A stretch of DNA of 62,731 bases, the filler included, from Stramenopiles sp. TOSAG23-3 (taxonomy: Eukaryota): the NCBI GenBank assembly GCA_900128585.1. It is 44 parts of 44 records of this genome, joined end to end, with 100 filler letters (N's around TTAATTAATTAA, not from the genome) between each part and the next. Parts side by side here need not be neighbours in the genome. Positions count along the whole stretch, not along the records: positions 11,494 to 12,827 come from LT646017.1; positions 12,928 to 14,261 come from LT646018.1; positions 14,362 to 15,694 come from LT646019.1; positions 15,795 to 17,127 come from LT646020.1; positions 17,228 to 18,560 come from LT646021.1; positions 18,661 to 19,993 come from LT646022.1; positions 20,094 to 21,426 come from LT646023.1; positions 21,527 to 22,858 come from LT646024.1; 36 more parts are not named here. One strand, given 5' to 3'. Every line of letters begins with the position of its first letter. The stretch's first letter is position 1. Made by a program: the position numbers and the translations under genes. The notes under the pieces were generated by a model. That model was not told the DNA's origin. It did no database searches and saw nothing but the letters and a program-made list of their open reading frames with translations. This document shows positions 11,494 through 24,390 of this stretch, piece by piece.

Positions 11494-12366
11494 TTCTTTC
11501 TTGGAAGGCACCGGTTGCGGCATAGAAACAGCGTTTAGTGCGAGTTCATGAGCGCTTGCTGGTGGCACTGGCTGCTTGATTTCTGCCGTGAATTTTGGTA
11601 TTGAGCCATCAGTATTTTTCAACTCTGTCGATTTTTTTGGGATAGAATTTAAAGTTGCAGTAATCTTGTTTTCGATTTGGTCTAAAATTTCATCACTCGC
11701 TGCGGCTGGTTCCTCTAGTTCCTTTTCATATTGGCCGTCGTCGTCGTCGCTTTGGCGATCGTCTTCGTCGTCGCTTTGGCGATCGTCTTCCCATTCTTCT
11801 CCTTCACTTTGTTCATCATCTTCTTCGGCACTTTGATAATCGTCTTCTTCGTCGCTTTGAACGGCATCTTCTTCGGATGATTCACTGGTATCGCTAGGGG
11901 AAGAGTTTTCTACGCACTCTTGCTTTCTCTTTTCAGCGTCACTCTCAGCTTCGATCAGCAGCACTTCGGGAACCTTATGTTCTTGTCCAAATGCTTCACT
12001 CCGCTTTCGCTTAGGGGAAGTTTTTTGAACTTCATAATCGTCATCATTAACTTCACGTGGTTTCCCCTCGCTCTTTTCGTTGCAATTGACGTTTGAAGAA
12101 TCTTGCCACTGCTGGTGATCTATTTTCTGCTTCTTTCTCATGTGCAAGGAGGCGACGGCGATGCCAACTGAAACCCCCGCTCCAAGGGCAAGGCCACAGC
12201 CCATCAAATTGTTGCACATGGTCTCTTTACAAATGCCCGTCGTAGTTTGCAGAACAATTGGTCTCAATAACGACGCGGAATTGCACGCGACCGCCGATGA
12301 GTTAGATGCTACTGCAGCGGTGTTTGTTGCCGCAGTCGAGAACAGTGATGATATTGACGCAAACAT
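11494..12366 (-). CDS. Hypothetical single-TM protein with an acidic region, 3' partial
   Basis: Open frame; hydrophobic GLALGAGVSVGIAVASL, then D/E-rich QSDDEDD repeats. Confidence 0.55.
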
Positions 12367-12927
12367 TGATGGGTTGGTTCGTTGATGCGAATGACCGGTA
12401 GTTGAGACAAATTGGTATGGAGGTCTGGAAGGCAAAGAACGGGAAAGTGTGCGTTTTAAAACAGAAAATTTATGGTTTTTTCTGTAATGTTTCGATTTAA
12501 ATTGTTTTCTTTTATGTTTTTTTTTTCAAAATGAGTCTAATTGACTTTTTTTGAAATTGTCAGTGGGATTGATCAATGAAAAGTCAATTCTTTCTTTTTT
12601 TCTTCTTCTTTTTTTCTCTTCTTCTTCATTTTTTTTTGATGATGATGATATGGATTCCAATGATGTGATGATGTTCATCAGTTGTTGATTTTGATAGATC
12701 AACAAAATAATTATTTTACATTGAAACAGCATCGTATGGTGATGGAAAAAAAAGGAAGCAAGGAAGGAAGGAAGGAAGCAAGGAAGGAAGGAAGGAAGGA
12801 AGGAAGGAAGGAAGGAAGGAAGGAAGGNNNNNNNNNNNNNNNNNNNNNNNNNNNNNNNNNNNNNNNNNNNNTTAATTAATTAANNNNNNNNNNNNNNNNN
12901 NNNNNNNNNNNNNNNNNNNNNNNNNNN

Positions 12928-14261
12928 TGTTATTCAAGTGCTCTCTGGTAAAGGTCAACCCCACACCCCCTCCATGCTTGGCTCTGTTGCTTTCAAAATA
13001 GCACGCGTCAAAATGGTAAGACTGCGGCAGGCCTAGCAACCTAACGCTATGATCCCTCGCTTGAACAGCCCCACCACTTGCTAACGCACTGTTTTTAATA
13101 AATTTACATTTATCAAAAGTTGTTACACCAACGAGATCTTCGCCATAAAATGCACCGCCATCCACCCGGCCTTCATTTTCTCGAAACGTACAGCCAACAA
13201 AAGCGATTCTACCGGACTCTATGGAATGCACGTTTCCGTACATAGCTCCTCCATAATCTGCGATGTTTTTGGTCCATTTGCACCGAGTAAATATGGCAGA
13301 TTGAAAATGACCGCGGGCGAAGATTGCACCGCCGTTTGCTCGATCTTTATTCTTATAATATGACGAGTCAACAAGTTGTGGTGCAGCGTTTTCGTACCAT
13401 TTTGAATCGGTAACATTAATTTTTAAGCATTTCGATAACTGCAGCGCACCTCCAGTCCCACCCATAGACACTGAATTTCTTGCCCATGTGCAGTTCGTGA
13501 TATTCAGCTGGTCTATATCAGAAAAAGCGGTGGCTCCTCCTGCGGTGAAATAGTCAGTCGTTGGATGAAGAACGGAGTTGCGTTTGTACGTGCAATTCTT
13601 TAAATTTGCTCGTACCACATCACGAAGCAATAAGGCTCCCGCCCCGTGAGTTGCCCAGTTGCCATACCAAACGCTACTCGTGAACCATGTTTGGACAAAT
13701 TTAGAAAGTAAAATTGCCCCCCCATCTCCCATAAACCTACCACCAGCGGAATTATTTGTGAATGTGCACTTTTTAACGTCTATTTTCCCCCCCCGAGACC
13801 CATAAAGCGCACCTCCGTCGACTTCGGCCCAGTTGCCAGACCAAACGCTACTCGTGAACCGTGCTTGGACAAAGTAATAAAGATGAATTGCCCCCCCACT
13901 TCCCTTCGCCCTTCGACCACTTCCACCAGCGGAATTATTTGTGAACGTGCATTTGTTAATGTCTATTTGGCCCCCTCTATACCCCAAAATCGCGCCGCCC
14001 TCACCGTTATAAACGTAGTTATTTTTGAACACACAGTCATCAAAACTTGTTTTGTCAATGGCCCCCTCTGTCCTTGGCCCATGGATATACACAGCTCCAC
14101 CTTCTGAAGGGGGGTCCGGGGTAAAATTATTTTCAAACGAGCAACTTCTGACCATCACACTTTGGCTTGCATCCCCAGCATCCCGGTCCCTATCCAAAAA
14201 TAATGCCCCCCCCTTCTTCGCAGAATTGTTTCGGAACGCGCAGTTGCTAAAATCTATCTTT
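12928..14261 (-). CDS. Right-handed beta-helix protein with Pmp-like GGA(I/L/V) and FxxN repeats, partial
   Basis: More than 10 GGA(I/L/V/M/F) motifs, each preceded by CxFxxN or WxxN; internal duplication. Confidence 0.85.
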
Positions 14262-15119
14262 NNNNNNNNNNNNNNNNNNNNNNNNNNNNNNNNNNNNNNN
14301 NNNNNTTAATTAATTAANNNNNNNNNNNNNNNNNNNNNNNNNNNNNNNNNNNNNNNNNNNNAAAGTCGCGCAAGGTGGGCAGAAACTCGATCTTCTTGTT
14401 CCCAACGTTCCAATTCCATACGCATTGGGAACAACAAAAATATCCACGTCCTTCAATTCATATACACTTCTCGTTTTCTCCTCTACGTTCTTACGTACAT
14501 CATATTATTCTTCATCAGTTTTGTGTTGTCTTTTGACTGCTGGTAGGATTCTAATTACATGAAGATACCATTGCTTATCGTTTGAATTCCGTTCCAACTC
14601 GTTTCCTGCTTCCTGCTTTACAAAATAAGGGTAGGTTTCTTTGAGGAGGATGCATTGTTTCCAAGTATACACTCGTCTGAAAACCATGACCAATCGATAA
14701 ATAGTAATCATGTAGGGATACAAATACCTTATTTGATTGTGAAAAGCATTTCAAAAGGTTTCTTGCCTGTCGTGTGTTAAAATAAAGTTTTGTTTAATTT
14801 TAAAATGAAGAAGAAGAATTACTTTTTAAACAACAATTCGTAGTTAAACAATATATTAGTATATAAACTCTTACCTATGAATATATAAATCTATTTGTTC
14901 AGTTTTGTTCAGTTGTTTTTCCTTAAATAATATTCGGGTTGAATAACTCATTCAGCAGAAGAAGAATGTTTTTTAAATTCTGATTGTTAATACTTATTAT
15001 AATATTATAATTAAAAATCAAAATCATATTTTTTTGTTTTGTTTTCGTTAGATAAGGTATAAGGTGTAAGGTCTTATATTAAAATAGAATACTATATAAA
15101 CTATAAAGAATAAAGAAAG

Positions 15120-15170
15120 AAAGATAAAGCCTCTTCTTCTTTCGACCAACGAAGGAGTTTCTTCTTCTCT

Positions 15171-15202
<32 letters not shown>

Positions 15203-15267
15203 TTTTCTTTCTTTCTTTCTTTCTTTCTTTCGACTCTTTCGACTCTTTCTTCTCTTCTTTCTTCTCT

Positions 15268-15308
<41 letters not shown>

Positions 15309-15660
15309 TTTTTTATTTCTTCTTCTTTTTATTTCTTCTTTTTTATTTCTTCTTTTTTATTTTTCTTCTTCTTTTTATTTCTTCTTTTTTATTTCTTCTT
15401 TCTTTCTTCGTTTCTTCTTCCTTCGTTTCTATCTCTATATAAAAGTAAGCCCTATTATTAACATATATTTAATACTATAATATGATCATATCATCATGTG
15501 ACGACCGACGACACTACGAAAAAAAAAAAGAAGAAGAACAACAACAACAACAATAACAACAAGAAGAAAAGAAAAAAGAAGAAGAAGAAAGAAGAATAAC
15601 AACAACAACAACAACAAGAAGAAGAAGAAGAAGAAGAAAGAGAAGAAGAAGGCAGAGGGA
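15120..15660. repeat. Microsatellite/low-complexity tract (CTTT)n, (CTT)n, (AAC)n
   Basis: Direct observation; similar tracts at 12750-12827, 17050-17127, 18180-18450, 56600-56990, 59475-59660 and 60660-61310. Confidence 0.9.
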
Positions 15661-15794
15661 GGCAGGGAGGAGGCAGCTAGAAGAATATTTAGACNNNNNN
15701 NNNNNNNNNNNNNNNNNNNNNNNNNNNNNNNNNNNNNNTTAATTAATTAANNNNNNNNNNNNNNNNNNNNNNNNNNNNNNNNNNNNNNNNNNNN

Positions 15795-16827
15795 AGCCAC
15801 CCTGTTGCATTGGCGGGCCCCCGTAGCCACCCTGTTGCACCGGTTGCTGTGGCATCGGTTGCTGTGGCATCGGCGCAGGCCTCGGTGGCCCCGGCTGCGA
15901 TACCTCCAAGTGCCCCCTGCAGAAATCCTTCGCCTTGGGGTTCTTCTGCCATGGGTTGCACTGCTTTGGGAGCGGCCGCCACGGCCCGCAGTTTGCCCCG
16001 GCTTGGGTCTGGAGCAAGAGCCCTTGGGAAGCCTTGAGCTGTTCCAAGGCGATACCGAGAAAGTATTTGGAAACGAACTCCAAGTCTGCCTGTTTCAACC
16101 CGGCGTCTTTCTCGTCGAACACCAGCTTGGAGTCCGAGAATGTTCCACCCATCGTCGACTTGGACTTTTGAATGATGAACATGTCGGGCTTCAACCGAAA
16201 GGTGTTGTCTGAGGTGATGATGACGACGCTCATCCTGTTGCAGCTCATGTCTTTGGCGGTAAAGACTTGGATCACGGCGTTCTCCCCACCCTTTCCAATA
16301 TCAAACACACCCTGGGTGTCCTGCCACGAGTTTGTGTCGACCATCCCGGCTTCCCGAATCAACCGGTCCACGTTCTCGCGGTGCTTGCTCGGGATGTTCG
16401 TCATCCGCTCTAGCTCCCTCCGCACGTACTCCTCGTAGATTTCTCCGGCGAGTGTAAAGGTTCGGATTTGTGAGCTATGCTTGAAATGTTCGTACCCTTG
16501 GCCCGTCAGCGAGTCTTGTAAGGTTTCGCTCGATTCCGAGGCGAACATGCCCATAATCGATTTCGCAAGGCCAACCCCGCCCTGCAGGACACCAATTGTT
16601 TGGTCCACACCGTCGAGAAGCATGCTGAACTTCTGCGCGGCGGTTGGCTTTGCGGGTGGTTTTGTTGTTGTTTGGCCCCCGTTCGCTAGTTCGTTGGTTG
16701 TTTCAGTTAAATGATTGGCCCCGTTGGTTGAGCGCGCCAAACGCCTGAACATCCGTTTGTCATTTTGGCCAAGGACGGCGGTTGCTGCCACAAGAACAAG
16801 AACGGCGGACAAGAACGTTCGTTTCAT
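15795..16827 (-). CDS. Secreted protein, uncharacterised family (paralog A), 3' partial
   Basis: Signal peptide MKRTFLSAVLVLVAATAVLG, RRL motif, ~190-aa domain colinear with the ORF at 28683-29810, P/Q/G-rich tail. Confidence 0.8.
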
Positions 16828-17052
16828 CCTGAAGAATAGATTTAGAAATCAAAGTCTGGAGAAGGAAGTATTGAACCTGATGACTCTGGTGGTTTTTGCC
16901 TTTTAGTTAGGAGATGACTTTCGCTTGAAACGTACATTAAACCTCTTTGAATTCTTTCCCATCGATTACTATGCATTCACTTCTTTTCTCGTTTCTTTCG
17001 TTTAGAGTGTGATATAGTTAGTATATATAGAAAGAAGGAAGAAGAAGTGAAA

Positions 17053-17127
<75 letters not shown>

Positions 17128-17227
17128 NNNNNNNNNNNNNNNNNNNNNNNNNNNNNNNNNNNNNNNNNNNNTTAATTAATTAANNNNNNNNNNNNNNNNN
17201 NNNNNNNNNNNNNNNNNNNNNNNNNNN

Positions 17228-17673
17228 TTCGACTGGACGCCGCAGGCCCCGCCCAACAGCAGCGCTTTCCTTGGCGCAATATTTACAATTTTGTAGCCTT
17301 CGCGTTTGGCCACTGGAACCTTGTCGCCGCATTTTGCCTGCGCATTGTACCACATAAAGCCCGTCCGGGGCCTGCCCAGCTTCCCCCCGAACGCGTCTCG
17401 TAAAAGCACCTGGCTCGTCGCCGGGGCTTCCCCAGAAAACAAGAGGACCACACCGTCGCCCAACTCCACGGGCTGTTGGGACGCATAATTTTCCTGGAAC
17501 TTTGACAGCGGTTCCCACATGCCGCCACCCTCCGCCCACATCCCCGTTGTGCCGCCACCCTCCGCCTTTAGCGACGGAAGACATGCGATGAAAAAAACGA
17601 GCACCACACTTACTACCTGTACAAAGTGCATTACCAAACATCGACCCCTGCTGGTTACAGCAGCCACCGCCAT
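17228..17673 (-). CDS. Hypothetical secreted or membrane protein, 3' partial
   Basis: Hydrophobic signal-like segment VVSVVLVFFIACLPSLKA; GC-rich open frame. Confidence 0.5.
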
Positions 17674-18660
17674 CGCTGGTAACGGTACACCGCCTGGTGT
17701 TGGAATTCAAACCGGGGGGATATAAACACCTCTCAAACTCTAAATAAATAAAAAAAAACACACTTACGCACAGATACGCACAAATCAGTCAATTAACCAA
17801 CAAAACAACAAGAAAAGAAAACAAAATCCAACCCTTCAAAGAAAGAAAGAAAGAAAGAAAGAAATCAAAAAAACAAAAAAACATATTAATTTTTCTTTTA
17901 ATTTTCTTCTTTTTTTTTTTTTTTTCGTTCTTCTCTTCTTCTCTTCTATTTTAGGCCTGTGTCTATGTAATAAACAAATAGAAAACGTTGAAGCCAGTAC
18001 AAAAAAATAAAAAATCCAAATCCAAATCCAAATTAATATAATCACAGCATCAGAAACGAGAATAATCTCAAAAGAAACAACGTAAAACCATTTCTTGCTT
18101 TTATTAATACTAAAAACAACACAAAAAGTATAAATTATTTATTATTAAATAGGAAGAACATTTTCTAAAGTATTTCGAAGAAGAAAGGAAGAAGAAAAGA
18201 AGAAAGAAGAAGAAGAAGAAGAAAGGAAAGGAAAGAAAGGAAAGAAAGGAAAAGAAGGAAAAGAAGGAAAAGAAGGAAAAGAAGAAGAAGAAAGAAGAAA
18301 GAAGAAGAAAAAAAGAAAGAAAGAAGAAAGGAAAGAAAAAAAGAAAGAAGAAAGAAAAGAAGAAAAGAAGAAAAGAAGAAAAGAAGAAAAGAAGAAAGGA
18401 AAGAAGAAAGGAAAGAAGGAAAGAAGGAAAAGAAGAAAAGAAGAAGAAAAGGAAGTCCTCCTTGTGATTTCGCGGCAAACTCTAAAAACTTTCTTTTTTT
18501 TTTTTTTCTTTTTTTCTTTTTTAATGAAATTGTTGTTGGTAGAATGAATTATAACAAATGNNNNNNNNNNNNNNNNNNNNNNNNNNNNNNNNNNNNNNNN
18601 NNNNTTAATTAATTAANNNNNNNNNNNNNNNNNNNNNNNNNNNNNNNNNNNNNNNNNNNN

Positions 18661-19226
18661 GATTTCAACCCTTTCCCGGCAAAGCCGGGCAAAACGCACT
18701 TTCCGGTGCCCATATGGACAGGCTTCACACGCACCTGCGTCAGGATGAACTGGTCCAACACGTACGTGTTTTGGTGCATTCGGGCATGGCACTTTATGTC
18801 CGCCTGGATGTCCGTCTGGCTGGCGCAGTTCTGGAACAGCTTTCTGAACGGGCCGTGCAAGTACCTCCACACCTCAAGCTCTTCGCCGATGTCCCGAAAC
18901 GTTTTCCTCCCGGGCACGCCGTTGATGTCGGGAAACTCGCTGTCAAAAAGGTTGTCCACAATCGCGTTCGTTAGGTAGTACGCGTCTGGCGAGGGCTGCT
19001 TCTGGACAATGGCGAACATAAAAGTCGCCAATACGAAGCAGACGTACAACACCAGGGACAACCAGTGGAACTCCACCTCCTCGGTTGTAATCCACTTCAC
19101 GAAGAGCTCTATCGTGCTGTAATTATTTTCATTCTCCGGATATTCCGAGTCCTCCATCACACCCTCTTCCATACGAGCCGCCGGCTGTGGCTTAGCCATT
19201 TCCACTTCAAAGTGTCGCGCCGGCAT
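18661..19226 (-). CDS. Polycystin-2 (PKD2/TRPP)-like channel, N-terminal part
   Basis: S1 helix LVLYVCFVLATFMF; YYLTNAIVDNLFDSEF; FRDIGEELEVWRYLHGPF; LTQVRV (compare LRQLRV). Confidence 0.75.
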
Positions 19227-19920
19227 ATCGGCGTCAAACTAAATGCAGGCAGGCAGTGGAGCGCTCACCTCGTTCGTGTCGAGTCACTGGAACACCCCCT
19301 CTACACAGTCTATGCACGAGCCGGAGCGAATGTCTCTTTGTTCCAAAGAAGATATATTGGATCGGTCAATGAAGTCGTTTGTTCAGCTTGAAAACGTGTC
19401 ATAAAGGGATACGTCCAAGTTTTAATACCAGAATGCCCCATGAGTCGTGCTAGTCTACATATTTGTAATTGCTAAACGACTAACAGTAAAACAACAAAAC
19501 GGGCACAAAGTAAAAATAATACGATGAGATGAGAAACAGCAGCAGGTAGTAGGCGGCAGGAAGAACGAAATCCCCTTTTTTAAAAAAGGAGACAGAAAGA
19601 AGAAGAAAGAAGAAGATGAAAAAAATACAGTTGCAACCCCAACTGTGTGCCTTTATTAATAATTAGTCACAGCTGTTCTTCCGGTGGTCTAAAATAACCG
19701 ATCGGTACGTACAACAGAATAATTATAGAAACACAACATACAAAAGAATAACCACATCAACAACAATTGTTTTGAAGCAGTGCGGGAATTCTTCTTCTGA
19801 CCATTTAAAAAAAAAAAAGAAAAAATTTGACTTTTATTTTTAAGTAATTATAATAATAACTGAATGTATCATACTATTTACCGTATTATTATTAATATAC
19901 ACCTCGGTTTTAAATATTAA

Positions 19921-19960
19921 AAACAAGAAAATTGGCTGTTATTTAAGTAATTAAATTTAG
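19921..19960 (+). repeat. Dispersed non-coding repeat copy (AAGAAAATTGGCTGTTATTT family)
   Basis: Matches copies at 32113-32160 (minus), 41732-41848 and 45121-45429. Confidence 0.75.
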
Positions 19961-20093
19961 CTTCGTCGTACCCTAATCCTAACTTGATTCTGTNNNNNNN
20001 NNNNNNNNNNNNNNNNNNNNNNNNNNNNNNNNNNNNNTTAATTAATTAANNNNNNNNNNNNNNNNNNNNNNNNNNNNNNNNNNNNNNNNNNNN

Positions 20094-20965
20094 GGCTTCT
20101 CCCCCCGGCCGAGGAGGACGGCGCGGGGGGCAACGATGAAGGGGCAGAAGAAGCGCAAAAACAAAAACCCCGCAAGCGCGGTGTTGCTACTCTCCTGGCC
20201 ATATTTCAATCGCACGCACTCCCGCAAAAATGTAAACGTGTGGCGAAGGACGGTCGGAACGTCATCCGCGCTGGCAAATATCGCGGGCAAAAAGTCCTCG
20301 TCCACCAAGTTGAGGAGCTCTCTCCGGTTCTTCTCCACCTCCTCTACCCCCATGCTCTTCAGAAGGTCCTCGAAGGCCTGCGTGGACGTCCTCCCGTCCC
20401 CGTCCAAGATGTCCATCGCCTTGGACGTTGCGTCCGACTGCATCCGGGACGGGTCCACCTCCAAGGCCCGGTCCACCTTGAGCACGGACTCTATCGGCGC
20501 CTTCAGGCAATGGAACATGTAGCCCCTTCCGGACGACAGGAAAAACGCGGACAGGAGCTTGACGCCGACGCTGTTCGAGCGAAACAGGGACGTCGTCCCC
20601 GTGGAATTCTCTACCTCTATCATGATGACGGTCTGCAGGGCCGACTCCAGGACACACGGCTCGCTCTGCAGCGTGGGCAGCAGGACGTCCATTTCAGCGG
20701 GCATGCACGCCGACGAGGGGAGGGCGGCAAAGTTCAACAGCAGTTTCTGGCGCGGGTCGAAGAGCAACGTCTTCACGAGCGCCTTCAGCCTCGTGTGCTT
20801 GTCCATCTTGGTGGCAGGAAGGGCGGGGAGCCCAAAGACGGACACCAACTCCTCGAGCTTCATGATGCAGTACTTCTTGCTGATGCGTTTCACAGACCGT
20901 TGGGCGGACGACACGCCACGCTTCTTCCTTCCCGGGGAACCGAGCTTTCCGACCAACGACGCCAT
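20094..20965 (-). CDS. RasGAP domain protein, 3' partial
   Basis: LFRSNS arginine-finger motif, LEVDPSR and GFLFLRFFCPFIVAP signature. Confidence 0.92.
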
Positions 20966-21379
20966 CCCCAACCACCACCTAGCAGGACGAGCGTGGGACG
21001 GGACGCCTGCCTACACCCACCGTTACAAACGAAGGAGGTGCGCGATCAAACGCAGAGAGAGAGAGAGAGAAAGAAAACACCCACAGCACACACGCAGAGA
21101 GACACACACAATATCAGAGTGGTAGAGAATACACCACCTTGTTATGAACACAATTCCTAAATAGATTGACTGACTGTATATATATTTCATATGTTATAAA
21201 CGAATCTGAAAGGTTTAATAATATAATCAACCATGCAACAAGAAGAAGAAGAAAAAAGAAGACGACAGAAGAAGAAGAAAGAAAAAAAAGAACAAAAAAT
21301 TATTATTAAATTCTTCTTCATTCACACCCGTGATGCTGTGTCATAGTTATAATATTTATTATTATAGACTATATTATAC

Positions 21380-21426
<47 letters not shown>

Positions 21427-21526
21427 NNNNNNNNNNNNNNNNNNNNNNNNNNNNNNNNNNNNNNNNNNNNTTAATTAATTAANNNNNNNNNNNNNNNNNN
21501 NNNNNNNNNNNNNNNNNNNNNNNNNN

Positions 21527-22184
21527 CCCACGCTCGTCCACCACCACGCCAAACCCTTCCCCATCTGGACCCTGGGACGGCAAACGGTTGGATCTCAAAG
21601 GGGCCGGATGCCCGAGTAGTTCGTCGGAGAACGTGGGAGGATTTAATGGCGTGTATGCTCACCACGGGGACACAATGGACGGTCGCCCATACTACAAGCA
21701 TGAGAAGAAAAATCTTTGGATTTACTACGATCGAAGATGCGCTCCCTCTTGGCTTTCCCCCCAGCCTGCGTGGATTGTGACCAGTGTGAAGCCTAGTACG
21801 GAAGTGATGGAACTGCTTCAATATGGTCCTGGAGGTGGAAGAGAAAACTCGGATTATACGGACTGCAACAACGCAATTAGGTGGGACACAGAAAGTCCAA
21901 CATTTCCAATTAATAGCCCATCTGATTACATATGGTGTGGAATGGATCATCAGGACCATGATTATCGCGCTACTGGTTATCCTGAGGGTGGCAACGACAA
22001 AGCTTGCGAAGGTCCAAAATGCTGCACGAAAGGGACGAGCTATGACGAGACATCTGGAAAATGTGTTGTTGAATATACCGACTACAAGAATATTCTTTCA
22101 GCATGCAAGGATGGTGACCTTGTGAATGGAATCAGTTGTCGTGTTCTAAGCGACCCGTGCGAAAACGAGAATTTCCAGGATTAG
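21527..22184 (+). CDS. Extracellular Cys-rich protein C-terminus, 5' partial
   Basis: FNGVYAHHGDTMDGRPYYKH...WIYY module, then CCTKGTSYDETSGKCV; ends in TAG. Confidence 0.6.
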
Positions 22185-23874
22185 GGATGATGAGTTAGTT
22201 CTACGAGGTGGATCTTCTTCGATCGTAAAAGGAACTTACCTGCTTTTTCTATTCATTAAATATCTACCAAGTAACTTCTACCAATTTATGGAATAATCGT
22301 ATTGCGTCTCTCTTCGGTAATTAAGGATACTCATATTTACCTTTGGGGATCATATACCGTACTTGAAATCAATATCTAAAAAGCTATAAAAAAATCTCTT
22401 TCCTTGTTGCTTCTATACTTATCCTTAATAACTTGTTTATAAAGCATTTGGTCCGTTACGACTTACGACGAGATAGAAGAAGAAGATCGATGTTGTTGTT
22501 GTGGTGAGTGATCAAATTTCTCAACGAATATTATTATAACACACCTTTCTTTTCTCAGAAGAAGTGAATACTTAATATACGAATGAGATGATCGTCCAAT
22601 TGGCAAATGAATTCTGATTAAAGCACACTAATACAGTGTTTTCCCGTTGAAATCTTTCGTCGTAACTGCACAGTTGCCAATTGTACTTTTCTGTTCAAAG
22701 GGCCCATGTCTCGCATTGCGGACGTTGACCACCAGGCAGTCTTGCCCTGGGGAGACCATGACGCGGAGAGTAATTTACTGCAGCCCAATACACTTCCAAC
22801 CAACCTGAAACACCCCGCAAGGTCTCGATCGTCTGTGAAAAAACTCAAACCACCTGTCNNNNNNNNNNNNNNNNNNNNNNNNNNNNNNNNNNNNNNNNNN
22901 NNTTAATTAATTAANNNNNNNNNNNNNNNNNNNNNNNNNNNNNNNNNNNNNNNNNNNNTTGCCATTTTTATTCGTGTAATTGTTGCATTTCTTCTCAGTG
23001 CTATACTTATATTAATTTTAATATTTTTATATAGGGATTAAATTTAACAATACACTAAAAGGCATGAGTCTTCTGTTGCATTTTGATTGTTTTGTTGAAT
23101 TTTTGCTTGCCTGCGTAGCCTCTTACTTCTGGTGTGTGTGTATGATTTTATTTTAACACAAACCTGTCACAACAAACTAGAATACAATTAAGTAGAAAGT
23201 ATACAGTACCAATTATTATAGCTATACAAGAATACAATAAAATTGCACCAATAAAATAAGAATACAATTAAAAAAATATGTACAGGCTGGTAGCAGGTTG
23301 GTCGGTGGAAAAATTTGTTCTTCTTTTTTTACTCCATATTGTATTTACTGGTAGACGACTACAGTAGAACATCTTGAAATACATATATTATATATTATCA
23401 TTATACAAAATAGCTAGGCGGAATCTGAGAACATCTCAGCGGCGTCATACTGAACTGAGCATTTGGATTTATCGTCTATATATTTTAAAAGAACCTGGGA
23501 TGAGGAGTACTTGAGGAACATAATAATTACACATTATAATTTATATGTTGTATCTTGTACTTATTTTGTTTGGTTAAAAACATTCCCTTAATGATTAGAG
23601 AAATTAAATAGCCTCCCGTTCGGGCGAGAACCTCTGATCCTGTGTTTTAAGCTTAAGGTGATCCATTGCTGACACTAGTCCAGGGACCAAAAATAACGAA
23701 ATAAGGAAATAATTAGTTTTTTAGTAAATAAAAAATTGATATATTAAGGTATTAAATAAAAAATTAAGACATGAAAAGGAGTCTAGTGTAACGGTTCTTG
23801 GAACATTAATTCGGATTAGGTGCAGTTAAAACACAAATTATACATATAGATAAGGTTGAATGAAAAAGAAAACC

Positions 23875-23954
23875 TCTGTGATTTGTCATATATGGAAATA
23901 TCACGAGCGTTCTGTGATTTGTCATATATGAAAATATCATTAGCGTTTTGTGAT
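23875..23954. repeat. 36-bp tandem repeat, about 2.2 copies
   Basis: TCTGTGATTTGTCATATATG(G/A)AAATATCA(CG/TT)AGCGT, head to tail. Confidence 0.85.
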
Positions 23955-24390
23955 CTTACAAAAACTACAACACAAATATACATTTATAAAATAAGAACCA
24001 TCATTTTCTGGCTCTAAAATATATTCTAGTACATACGGGTTTTATGGATATAAGGTGTCAATCAAATACACAAAAAAAAATTTTAAAATTACAGCTACAC
24101 TTCCGTCGAGCCCTGTTGTTCCCCTTCTACTACTGTACTAAACAAACTTGATTTTTTATGATGATGGACGCAAATACTACTTTTCATCGCTTTGTTCCCC
24201 TTCTACTACCCAACACGAACGCGGCATGGTCCTTAAAACCACAAACACTTCATGCTTTAAACGACTGCCAGACCCCTTAAATCAGCAGGGNNNNNNNNNN
24301 NNNNNNNNNNNNNNNNNNNNNNNNNNNNNNNNNNTTAATTAATTAANNNNNNNNNNNNNNNNNNNNNNNNNNNNNNNNNNNNNNNNNNNN

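Noticed and set aside
12928..14261. Chlamydial Pmp gene as bacterial contamination or recent transfer
   Set aside because: GGA(I/L/V)-FxxN beta-helix proteins are common in protists, and no autotransporter barrel or bacterial context is visible.
17836..18478. Phe/Leu/Ser-rich or Lys/Arg/Glu-rich ORFs (also 22-285, 12526-12879, 56517-57115, 60911-61105)
   Set aside because: Translations of microsatellite and low-complexity DNA.
22233..22243. ACTTACCTG as the U1 snRNA 5' end
   Set aside because: No downstream U1 stem-loops or Sm site are evident.
23875..23954. 36-bp repeats as a CRISPR array
   Set aside because: Head-to-tail tandem copies with no spacers, no cas genes and a eukaryotic context.
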